Assembly: GCA_030039105.1 (NCBI GenBank)
Contig: JASHQO010000534.1
Span: 1 to 32,144 of the forward strand
Direction of reading: 5' to 3'
Length of the DNA: 32,144 bases
Origin: Xanthobacteraceae bacterium
Lineage (GTDB): Bacteria; Pseudomonadota; Alphaproteobacteria; Rhizobiales; Xanthobacteraceae
Shown: positions 23,308 to 31,733 of the stretch, one piece after another
Numbering within the stretch: the stretch's first letter is position 1
Layout: every line of letters begins with the position of its first letter
Program-made: the position numbers and the translations under genes
The notes under the pieces: model-generated
Told to the model about the DNA's origin: nothing
Seen by the model: only the letters and a program-made list of their open reading frames with translations
Database searches by the model: none

Positions 23308-24606
23308 ATGCGCCACTCGATAATCCGCCGATCGGTGGTCCTGACCACGTTCTACATTTCCGGACACGGCTTCAATTATCTGCTGCTGCTCATCGCCAAC
23401 GCCTTGTTGGACCCGGTCGGCTTCGGCCGCCTGTATACCGGCTGGGCCGTATTGAACGTTCTGGTCGCGCCGATTGCCATTATCGCGCTACTGATGTCGG
23501 GATATTTTGCCGAAGCCAATAGCCGCCAAGGTCCGGTGCTGGTCGCGCGCCTCCTGCAGCGCAGCGCGGCGACGGCCCTGCCGTGGGCGTTGGCAACCGT
23601 CATCCTGCTTGAAGCTGCGGCCTATGCCGGCGGCTGGCTGATCGGCGTCGATTCGCTCACCCTGATGCTGGTGCTGCCGCCGACCGCGATCTCCTTTCTC
23701 GGCGTCGAGATGGTTCGCGCGTCGCTGCAAGGAATGTTGCGGTTCACCACGTACGGGGTGAGCTGGTTTCTGTGGTGCGCGGCGCAATGTGCTTTCGGCG
23801 CCGCCGGGCTGTGGCTGATTCGTTCGCCATGGGGATGTTTTGCCGGCGTGCTCGCCGCCAATCTTGTCACGATCGTCGGCCTGACCCGAGTCATCGCCGC
23901 TCGGCGGCCGGCGCTACCGTCGGCAACGGATAGCGCGCCAATGGTGCTATATTCGCTGCGGCGCGCTATCGGGTTCTGCAGTGCCTTTGTCGGCTGCGTG
24001 CTGTTCATCAACGCAGATATTTTCCTGGCCTATCTGCTTCTCGGGCCGGCGGATCTGGGCGTTTATACGGCTTCGAGCGTCTTGCCGAAGGCGATCGTGA
24101 CCGCGACCCAACCGGTCGTGCAGATCATCCTGCCGGTCGTGATCGCCATTCAGGGCGAAGGCCGGGATACTTCGGGCGCCGTGCTCAAGGCGATCGTGGC
24201 GGCGTTCACGCTTGGTGCTCTGGCCTTTGCGGTGCTGTGGGGCGGCTCGGACCTGGTCTGCGGCGCTCCCCATGGCATCAGGTTCTGCACGCCGCCGTTG
24301 CTGCTGCTGCTGGCCGCGGCGGCCGTGCCGCTGTCCGTGACGCGGACTTTGGTCACCGCCGATGTCGCCCATGGTCGTTACTGGCTGCCGCATCTGCCGT
24401 TCCCGGCGATCGCCGCTTTCGCCGCGACGGTGGCGCTGATGCGAGCGCGGGGGCAGATCGACGACATGCATCTCGCGACGACGTATCTTTATTTCTGCTG
24501 GGGATTGCTGTTGGTCTGGGCTGTGGTCGGAGCGGTGAGGGGACGGCTGTTTCCGCGCAGCGGGATGGCGCCGGCGGCATTGCAGCAGCCGGATGGCAGG
24601 AGCTAG
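23308..24606 (+). CDS. Wzx-like (MOP superfamily) polysaccharide/oligosaccharide flippase
   Basis: 432 aa and hydrophobic throughout (about 12 helices by eye). The mid-protein motif LLLGPADLGVYTASSVLPKAIVTATQPVVQIILPVV resembles the Polysacc_synt signature (LG....G.Y.A...L......P). ATG 23308 is the first start after an in-frame stop at 23290. Confidence 0.55.
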   Translation: MRHSIIRRSVVLTTFYISGHGFNYLLLLIANALLDPVGFGRLYTGWAVLNVLVAPIAIIALLMSGYFAEANSRQGPVLVARLLQRSAATALPWALATVILLEAAAYAGGWLIGVDSLTLMLVLPPTAISFLGVEMVRASLQGMLRFTTYGVSWFLWCAAQCAFGAAGLWLIRSPWGCFAGVLAANLVTIVGLTRVIAARRPALPSATDSAPMVLYSLRRAIGFCSAFVGCVLFINADIFLAYLLLGPADLGVYTASSVLPKAIVTATQPVVQIILPVVIAIQGEGRDTSGAVLKAIVAAFTLGALAFAVLWGGSDLVCGAPHGIRFCTPPLLLLLAAAAVPLSVTRTLVTADVAHGRYWLPHLPFPAIAAFAATVALMRARGQIDDMHLATTYLYFCWGLLLVWAVVGAVRGRLFPRSGMAPAALQQPDGRS

Positions 24607-24608
24607 CA

Positions 24609-25514
24609 GTGGCAGTTGCCCTATCGCCCGGACTGATCGTCAATGCCGACGATCTCGGGATTCATCCGCGCATAAACGAAGGCATACTGTCGGCCTATCG
24701 CCACGGCATTCTCAGCTCCTGCACGATGCTGATGACGACCGCCTATTTCGAGCAGACGGTGCGCGACTATGTCCGGCCGAAAGCGCTGCCGATCGGCATT
24801 CATCTGTCGTTGACGCTGGGCAAAGCGGTGGCGCCGCGCGCCGAGGTGCCTGACCTGGTCGACGCCGACGGCAACCTCAAGCTCACCGCCGAGCGACTCA
24901 TTCTCGCGACGTTCAAAGGCCGGCAAGGCGACGCACTGCTGCGCCAGATTCGGTGCGAATTCGAGGCGCAGCTAGCGGTCGCGCGCGATCATGGCTTGCA
25001 GCCGACCCATGCCGATTCTCATCAGCACGTGCACATGAACCCCGCGATCTTCCGCCTGATCGAGGAATTGTTGCCGCGCTTCGACGTCAACCGGCTGCGC
25101 TGCTCGCGCGAGCGGTTCCACGCGTTCGTGCTCGGTCCCGATCTGCCCGACGTTATGCGACGTAACAATCTCGCCAAATGGGCCCTGCTGCGCTGGCGTG
25201 CCGCCGGATTACGCCCGGCGCTCGGCGCCACCGACGATTTTTTCGGCGTGCTTTATTCTGGCGCCGTGACCTTGCGGGCGTTGCTCGCTCTGCTGCGCGC
25301 CGCGACGCCGGATCGCTCGCTCGAGATCTGTATCCACCCCGGATTTCCTGCGCCGGATGGGGTGAGCGAGTATCCGCGCGCCGGCTACAACGCTTTCATC
25401 AGCGCGGCGGCGCGGCGGAACGAGCACGATGCACTGACCGACCCAAATCTCGACGACTTGGTGCGTGAGCGAGGCTTGACGCTACGTTCGTTCGACGGAA
25501 CGCTGAAGACTTAG
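24609..25514 (+). CDS. ChbG/YdjC/HpnK-family carbohydrate deacetylase
   Basis: Only the C-terminal 301 codons of track ORF 24237..25514 look real. GTG 24609 lies 2 nt after the flippase TAG. Motifs: LIVNADDLGIHPRINEGI, SSCTMLM, PIGIHLSLTLG, HADSHQHVHM. Confidence 0.75.
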   Translation: MAVALSPGLIVNADDLGIHPRINEGILSAYRHGILSSCTMLMTTAYFEQTVRDYVRPKALPIGIHLSLTLGKAVAPRAEVPDLVDADGNLKLTAERLILATFKGRQGDALLRQIRCEFEAQLAVARDHGLQPTHADSHQHVHMNPAIFRLIEELLPRFDVNRLRCSRERFHAFVLGPDLPDVMRRNNLAKWALLRWRAAGLRPALGATDDFFGVLYSGAVTLRALLALLRAATPDRSLEICIHPGFPAPDGVSEYPRAGYNAFISAAARRNEHDALTDPNLDDLVRERGLTLRSFDGTLKT

Positions 25515-27176
25515 CGACTTAGCGCGGTTCCAGAGACGAACCGCTGCGGGGAACGGTGATCTCGCGCTGCAGGCGCAGATCAGAACGCAAAGCCAGATCG
25601 CGTCGTCGACGTCTGCCATGCGCGGGTCGATGAACGAGGCGGCCGTCATCGTCGGCCGCGTGTCGGTGAAAGGCATGATGATGACGACCGGAATCACGCA
25701 GAGCGCCAGGAATGAAACCGGTATGATCAGCGCCGACAGTTGTCGGGCCGCCGGCAACGCATAGCGCAAACTGGCGGTCGCAAGCGCGGTGGCGCCTGGA
25801 ATTCCACCGATCGCAATCAGTGCAACCGCGCGCAGCAGCCAAAACAGCAGGGTAGACGGCCCGATGGCGATCGCCATGAATGCGAGCGCGATCAAACCGA
25901 CATCCTTCAGGAATCCGGCGGCCACGGGCGCGAATGATCTGATATAGTTTTTGACCATCGCGCCGGGATAGTCGCGCCACATGTCGAACGCGACTTGTCG
26001 CGCCAATTCCTCGCGCCCGGTGTCCTTCCACCAGCCGTCGGGGGTCATGTAGTCTTCCAATTTCTCGCCGCGCTGCTTGATCTTGATTCGCACCAGCGCG
26101 CCCACATAGGCATCGGCGCTCAGAATTGTGACGCCGGACTCGCGTTCCAGCTCGGGAATCTGGGATACGAATAACGGCATCGTGGTGCCGATATAGGTCA
26201 GCCAGTAGCCATGTCCGCCAAACGTGGTCGTGTCGTACACGATCGCATCACGCCGCTCGTGATGGATTGCGATCAGGATCGAAGCGCTCAGCGCGAACGT
26301 CAGTGCCGGATAGATCGACAAACGGACAAACGCCGCCTTGAGCGGCAAGCGCCATGGCAAGATGCGGGCGGCCGCGATCAACACGACGAGGCAGATCAGC
26401 GGCCCGGCCTGCCAATAGGCATAGGTCCGGGCATTGACGACGAAGGCGAAGACCAAACCGGCGAAGCCTGCGGCCACGGCGTCGATCCAGCGAAAGCCAC
26501 GGCCCGAGCCGATCAACGTCAGACAAAACAGCACCGGATACAGCGACAGAAATGGCAGCAGGCGGCTGTTGGTCAGCGGGCCGAAGCCGTAATTGGTGGA
26601 TTTGAGCCCATGCTGATCGGCGAACAGCAGCACCAGATAGAGGATCGATGGGACGATGAATATCGCGCGGTGGCGGAACGACACGATGAAGCAGAGCGAC
26701 ATCAGCGTAAGAATACCGATATAGAGCGCGTAGATCGACCGGACGTGGTAACCGAACAGCGCGAAGGCGACGTAGTAGTAGTCGATCACCCCGGTCTCAT
26801 TGAGGAGCAGGCCGAAGGTTTTGCTGGGGTCGGCGACGGTGAGATCGGCGGCGGCGCGCAGCGCGGCATCGGCCTCGCCCGGATGGGTGTTGAGATAAGC
26901 AATCCGGTCGTGTTCGGGGTTGAGGCTGTAGCCGGCCTGGTCCAGCGCGCCGTCGACGTCGACCAGGCCCAGAAGTCCAGACGTGCCGTGGGCCAATTCG
27001 GAAATCGCGATCGAAAGCGACGCAAAATGCCGATAATAGCTCGGCACGATCGTATCGAGGCTCTTACGCACGCCGTCCGCAGCGATCAAGGCAACGAGCA
27101 GCAAGCTCAAGCCGGCTAACAGGTAGAACCTGCGGGCGGCGCCGGGCCGGCATGTGCTGGCGGGTGCTTGGTCCAT
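25482..27176 (-). CDS. Polytopic membrane protein, paralog C of the unassigned family
   Basis: The track ORF extends to 27344. ATG at 27176-27174 gives MDQAPASTCRPGAARRFYLLAGLSLLLVALIA, with TM1 soon after the start. Motifs: NETGVIDYYYVAFALFG, NSRLLPFLSLYP, NARTYAYWQ, GHGYWLTY, AFDMWRDYPGAMVKNYIRSF. The 3' end overlaps the convergent deacetylase gene by 33 nt. Confidence 0.75.
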   Translation of the reverse strand: MDQAPASTCRPGAARRFYLLAGLSLLLVALIAADGVRKSLDTIVPSYYRHFASLSIAISELAHGTSGLLGLVDVDGALDQAGYSLNPEHDRIAYLNTHPGEADAALRAAADLTVADPSKTFGLLLNETGVIDYYYVAFALFGYHVRSIYALYIGILTLMSLCFIVSFRHRAIFIVPSILYLVLLFADQHGLKSTNYGFGPLTNSRLLPFLSLYPVLFCLTLIGSGRGFRWIDAVAAGFAGLVFAFVVNARTYAYWQAGPLICLVVLIAAARILPWRLPLKAAFVRLSIYPALTFALSASILIAIHHERRDAIVYDTTTFGGHGYWLTYIGTTMPLFVSQIPELERESGVTILSADAYVGALVRIKIKQRGEKLEDYMTPDGWWKDTGREELARQVAFDMWRDYPGAMVKNYIRSFAPVAAGFLKDVGLIALAFMAIAIGPSTLLFWLLRAVALIAIGGIPGATALATASLRYALPAARQLSALIIPVSFLALCVIPVVIIMPFTDTRPTMTAASFIDPRMADVDDAIWLCVLICACSARSPFPAAVRLWNRAKSLSLQRSVERT

Positions 27177-27463
27177 GATATTGGTTGTGGCCCGCAAGTC
27201 CCCATGGCAAACGCGCGAGTCGGCTCGCCGCAGGCGCGGATGGACCAAAGCCTTCATGCAATTGTGGTGCGTGACTTGCAAGGGTCGTGCGTCTGTTTGC
27301 GGGGCGCCAACGAGCGGGCTGTGTCGCCCTTCGGCGGCGGCCAAACGGCGGCAGGACTAACTGCGAAAGTCGAGCGCGGACAAACCCTTAACCGGCACAC
27401 CGGGAAAGCTTGAAATCGGTGGCTTTTGCCCGCATAAGGTCGCGCCAGTGCACAGGAGGGGTG

Positions 27464-28516
27464 GTGGCACCGTCAACGGGTATCGATTTGGTGACGGGCG
27501 GGGCCGGGTTCATCGGCAGCCACCTCGTTGATCGCCTGCTGGCCGATGGCCGGATGGTTCGCGTGCTCGACAGTTTTATCGTCGGCCGCCGCGCTAACCT
27601 CAAGCAACACAACGGAAATCCTCACCTTGCGGTGATCGAGGCCGACATTGCCGATAGCGCCGCGGTGGCCGCGGCCACGGCCGGCGTCGCGCGCGTGTTT
27701 CATCTCGCTGCCCGCGCCGATATCGTGCCCTCGATTCAGGAACCGGAGGCTTATTTCCGGGCCAATGTCGACGGCACCTTTTGCGTGCTCGAGGCGGCCC
27801 GCCGCCATGGCGTCAAGCGGCTGGTCTATGTCGCCTCGTCGTCCTGCTACGGCATCCCGGAGCGCTATCCGACGGCCGAAACAGCGCCGCCCGATTGCCG
27901 GTACCCCTACGCGCTGACCAAATATCTAGGCGAACAGTTGGTCATGCACTGGGCCCAGGTTTACCGGCTGCCGGCGGTTTCCGTGCGCTTCTTCAACGTC
28001 TATGGCCCCCGCGCGCGCACCAGTGGAACTTACGGCGCGGTTTTCGGCGTGTTCCTGGCGCAGCTTCTGGCCGGTCAGCCGCTCACCATCGTCGGCGATG
28101 GCCAGCAGACCCGGGATTTTACCTTCGTGTCCGACGTGGTCGATGCGTTGATCGCCGTCGCCGAGAGTGACAAAATCGGCGAGATTTACAATGTCGGGAG
28201 TGGCCGGCCGGTCAGCGTGAACGAGCTTGTGAGGCTTTTGGGATCGCCGCCGACGGTGCGTATCCCGAAACGCCCCGGCGAGCCGGACTGCACCTGGGCC
28301 GACATTTCCAAGATCCAACGCGATCTTGGTTGGCAGCCGAAGGTCAGCTTTGCCGATGGCGTCAAGGTGATGCAACAGAACATCGACTATTGGCGCGACG
28401 CGCCGGTCTGGACCGCGTCCCGCATCGCCGAGGCGACCAGCGACTGGTTTCGTTTTCTCGACAGCGACCGCAGTGACGTCAGAGGACGAGAATGGACTCG
28501 AGCGTCACGAAGCTGA
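27464..28516 (+). CDS. NAD-dependent epimerase/dehydratase family SDR (GalE/UXS-like)
   Basis: The track start is TTG 27410. AGGAGG at 27454-27459 favours GTG 27464 (or 27461). Motifs: LVTGGAGFIGSHLV, HLAARAD, VASSSCYG, YALTKYLGE, VRFFNVYGPR. Confidence 0.8.
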   Translation: MAPSTGIDLVTGGAGFIGSHLVDRLLADGRMVRVLDSFIVGRRANLKQHNGNPHLAVIEADIADSAAVAAATAGVARVFHLAARADIVPSIQEPEAYFRANVDGTFCVLEAARRHGVKRLVYVASSSCYGIPERYPTAETAPPDCRYPYALTKYLGEQLVMHWAQVYRLPAVSVRFFNVYGPRARTSGTYGAVFGVFLAQLLAGQPLTIVGDGQQTRDFTFVSDVVDALIAVAESDKIGEIYNVGSGRPVSVNELVRLLGSPPTVRIPKRPGEPDCTWADISKIQRDLGWQPKVSFADGVKVMQQNIDYWRDAPVWTASRIAEATSDWFRFLDSDRSDVRGREWTRASRS

Positions 28517-30072
28517 CCCCCCAGGTCGAGGTCGGCGGACCGACCAGCCCCCGCGACAAGGTCCGCACGCTCGCCGAGGTCGCCGCGATCTGCGGGCACA
28601 GCAGGCGCGCCGGCCAGACCGTGGTCCAGGCCCACGGCACGTTCGATCTCCTGCATCTTGGCCATGTCCGCCACCTCGAAGCCGCGCGCAAGCTCGGCGA
28701 CGTTCTGATCATCACCGTCACGGCGGATCGCTTCGTTAACAAAGGGCCTGGCCGTCCGGTGTTCAGCAGCGAGCTGCGCGCCGAGATGCTGGCGACGCTC
28801 GAATATGTCGATTGGGTGGCGATCAACGATGCCGCCGATGCGGTCAGCGCCATCGAGCGCATCCGGCCGTCGATCTACGTCAAAGGCCAGGACTATCAGA
28901 ACCCGCAGGGCGACATTACCGGCAAGATTTCGCTGGAGCGCGACGCGGTCGAAGCTCACGGCGGGCGGATTCATTTCACCGACGAGGTGACATTCTCGTC
29001 GAGCGAGCTAATCAACCGCCATCTCAACGTGTTCGAGCCGCATATCCGCGAGCATCTCGACACGCTGCGCCAGGACGGCGGCCTCGATCAGATCGTCGAC
29101 TTCATCGAGCGCGTCGCCGACTACCGCGTCCTCATCGTCGGCGACGCCATCATCGACGAGTACCAGTACGTCTTGCCGATGCACAAGACGCCCAAGGAGA
29201 ATATGATCGCGACCCGCTATCAGGACCGCGAGCTGTTCGCCGGCGGCGTGTTCGCGGCCGCCAACCACGTGGCGTCGTTCTGCAAGCACGTCGACATCAT
29301 CACCTGCATCGGCGATTCGGAGACCCACGACGATCTGATCCGCCAGAGCCTGAAGCCGAATGTAGGCTTGCGCGCCTTCACCCGCGTCGGCGCGCCGACC
29401 ACCCTGAAGCGGCGCTTCGTCGATCCCTCGTACATGCGCAAGCTGTTCGAGGTCTATTTCATGAACGACGAGCCGCTGACGCCGGACGTGCAGAGCGACA
29501 TCGACCGTGCCATCATCGATCGCGCCGGCGACTACGACGTCGTCATCGCCGCCGATTTCGGCCACGGCCTGATCGCCGCCTCCTCGATCGAAGCGTTGAC
29601 CACGAAGTCGCGGTTCCTGGCGGTGAATACCCAAAGCAACAGCGCCAATCTCGGCTACAACCTCATCACCAAATATGATCGCGCCGACTACATCTGCATC
29701 GACGCGCCGGAGGCGCGGCTCGCGGTCAGCGACCGGGTCGCCAATGTCGGCGATATCGCGCGTCGGCTCGCCGAGAATCACATCGACTGTTCGAAGATCA
29801 TCGTCACCCAGGGCAAGCACGGTTGTGTGACGTTCGAGGCTGGCGGCATCACCCACACCATCCCGGCGTTCGCCAAGAATGTCGTGGATACGGTTGGCGC
29901 CGGCGATGCGTTCCTTGCTGTGACCGCGCCGCTGGTGGCGGCCGGCGCGCCGATGAACCGCGTCGGCTTCATCGGCAACGTCGTCGGCGCGCTCAAGGTC
30001 GAGATCGTCGGCCATCGGCGCTCGATCGAGAAAGCTGCGCTGATCAAGGGCATCACCGGGCTGCTCAAATAA
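28492..30072 (+). CDS. Bifunctional sugar kinase / nucleotidyltransferase with domain order reversed relative to HldE(RfaE): N-terminal cytidylyltransferase-like, C-terminal PfkB kinase
   Basis: 526 aa. The N-terminal domain has HGTFDLLHLGHVRHLEAAR (the HxGH motif of TagD/RfaE-domain-II-type nucleotidyltransferases) and YVKGQDY. The C-terminal domain has VLIVGDAIIDEY, the PfkB signature DTVGAGDAF, and GNVVGALKV. It overlaps the upstream gene by 25 nt. Confidence 0.75.
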   Translation: MDSSVTKLTPQVEVGGPTSPRDKVRTLAEVAAICGHSRRAGQTVVQAHGTFDLLHLGHVRHLEAARKLGDVLIITVTADRFVNKGPGRPVFSSELRAEMLATLEYVDWVAINDAADAVSAIERIRPSIYVKGQDYQNPQGDITGKISLERDAVEAHGGRIHFTDEVTFSSSELINRHLNVFEPHIREHLDTLRQDGGLDQIVDFIERVADYRVLIVGDAIIDEYQYVLPMHKTPKENMIATRYQDRELFAGGVFAAANHVASFCKHVDIITCIGDSETHDDLIRQSLKPNVGLRAFTRVGAPTTLKRRFVDPSYMRKLFEVYFMNDEPLTPDVQSDIDRAIIDRAGDYDVVIAADFGHGLIAASSIEALTTKSRFLAVNTQSNSANLGYNLITKYDRADYICIDAPEARLAVSDRVANVGDIARRLAENHIDCSKIIVTQGKHGCVTFEAGGITHTIPAFAKNVVDTVGAGDAFLAVTAPLVAAGAPMNRVGFIGNVVGALKVEIVGHRRSIEKAALIKGITGLLK

Positions 30073-30088
30073 TTCGGAGCCTGAACAC

Positions 30089-30700
30089 ATGCAGGAATTG
30101 CTCGATCGCTGGATCGGCTCGTTGGCCAGCGCGATGCGTGCGGCCGAGGTGACTGACCGGGCGTCGAAGAAGCTGACGCTGGAGGCGGGCTGCGAGTGGG
30201 TACGCAAGTCCGCTCACCAGGCGCACGATGCCGGCAACAAGATCATTTTCGTCGGCAACGGCGGCAGCGCCGGCATCGCCAGCCATCTCGCCATCGATTT
30301 CTCCAAGAACGGCGGCTTGCGCGCGCTCGCCTTCAACGATCCGTCGGCTCTCACTTGCCTCGGCAATGACCTCGGCTACGAGAATGTGTTTGCCAAGCAG
30401 CTCGAGTTCCATGCTCGGCCCGGCGACGTCTTGATCGCGATTTCAAGCTCGGGAAAGTCGCCCAACATTCTCGGCGCGGTGAAGACGGCGCGTACGCGCG
30501 ACTGCAAGGTCGTGACCTATTCCGGCTTCAACGAGAACAACGACCTGCGCCGGACCGGCGACGTGAATTTCTATGTTCGCGGCCAGGATATGGAATATGG
30601 TTTCGTCGAGGTGGCGCATCTGGCGCTATGCCACGCCGTGCTCGACATCGATATGGGCTGGGGAACGAAGTGGGGTTCGGGCTTGGCGAAAAGCGCTTAA
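30089..30700 (+). CDS. gmhA: SIS-domain sedoheptulose-7-phosphate isomerase-like protein (GmhA family)
   Basis: 203 aa, with GGAG 10 nt upstream. Motifs: IIFVGNGGSAGIASHLAIDF, GNDLGYENVFAKQL, GDVLIAISSSGKSPN, and VEVAHLALCH near the C-terminus. Confidence 0.65.
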   Translation: MQELLDRWIGSLASAMRAAEVTDRASKKLTLEAGCEWVRKSAHQAHDAGNKIIFVGNGGSAGIASHLAIDFSKNGGLRALAFNDPSALTCLGNDLGYENVFAKQLEFHARPGDVLIAISSSGKSPNILGAVKTARTRDCKVVTYSGFNENNDLRRTGDVNFYVRGQDMEYGFVEVAHLALCHAVLDIDMGWGTKWGSGLAKSA

Positions 30701-30734
30701 GCGCCGCCGCAGTAAGGATAGATCGGAAACAGCG

Positions 30735-31733
30735 ATGGCCAATCGGTTCAAACGCGTCCTCGTAACCGGAGGAGCGGGCTACGTCGGTTCGAACCTGGTA
30801 CCCAAATTGCTCGATGCCGGCTACGAGGTCGCGGTCCTCGACCTCTATATCTATGGCGACGTGTTCTCCGGGCTGAACGGCACTCCCAAACTCACCCAGA
30901 TCAAGGGCGATCTGCGCAACGCCGGCGACGTTCGCAAGGCGCTGGCCGGCTGCGACGCCGTGATCCATCTTGCCTGCATCTCCAACGACCCGTCGTTCGA
31001 TCTCAACCCCGAGCTCGGCAAGTCGATCAATTACGACTGCTTCCGGCCGCTGGTGCGAGCGAGCAAGGATGCCGGCGTCAAGCGCTTCGTCTACGCTTCT
31101 TCGTCCTCGGTCTACGGCATCAAGGACGAACCGGACGTCACCGAGAATCTGCCGCTCAAGCCGCTCACCGATTATTCCAAATACAAGGCCATGTGCGAGG
31201 ACGTGCTCGACGAAGAGCGCGAGCCGGGCTTTGTCGCCGTTACGCTGCGTCCGGCCACGGTGTGCGGTTACGCACCGCGGCTGCGTCTCGACCTCACCGT
31301 CAACATTTTGACCAATCATGCCATCAACAATGGCCGCATCACCGTGTTCGGCGGCGAGCAGTTGCGTCCCAATCTGCACATCGAGGATATGACCGACCTT
31401 TATCTGATGCTGCTCGAGCAGCCCGATGAGGCGATCAATGCCAAAACCTGGAACGCCGGCTATCACAACCTCAAAGTTCGCACCATCGCCGACATGGTGC
31501 GCGACGAAGTCGGCCAAAAGGTCGACATCGTGGTAACGCCGAGCGACGATCACCGTTCCTATCATGTGTCGTCGGAGAAGATCCGCCGCGACCTCGGCTT
31601 CGTCGCCGCCCGCACGGTCAAGGATGCCATTGTCGATCTGAAGACCGCGTTCCTCGCCGGCAAGGTGCCGAACTCCATGTCGGACGACCGCTACTACAAT
31701 ATCAAACGGATGCAAGCGCTCGGGCTGAAATGA
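30735..31733 (+). CDS. NAD-dependent epimerase/dehydratase family SDR
   Basis: Real start is ATG 30735 (MANRFKRVLVTGGAGYVGSNLV). The track ORF start at 30573 lies inside gmhA. Motifs: HLACISND, YASSSSVYG, YSKYKAMCE, LRPATVCG. Confidence 0.8.
   Translation: MANRFKRVLVTGGAGYVGSNLVPKLLDAGYEVAVLDLYIYGDVFSGLNGTPKLTQIKGDLRNAGDVRKALAGCDAVIHLACISNDPSFDLNPELGKSINYDCFRPLVRASKDAGVKRFVYASSSSVYGIKDEPDVTENLPLKPLTDYSKYKAMCEDVLDEEREPGFVAVTLRPATVCGYAPRLRLDLTVNILTNHAINNGRITVFGGEQLRPNLHIEDMTDLYLMLLEQPDEAINAKTWNAGYHNLKVRTIADMVRDEVGQKVDIVVTPSDDHRSYHVSSEKIRRDLGFVAARTVKDAIVDLKTAFLAGKVPNSMSDDRYYNIKRMQALGLK

Noticed and set aside
24237-24608. Upstream part of the 425-aa track ORF 24237..25514, which suggested a larger fusion protein
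   Set aside because: It overlaps the 3' end of the flippase gene in another frame and has no YdjC similarity. The family N-terminus (LIVNADDLG) starts right after GTG 24609.
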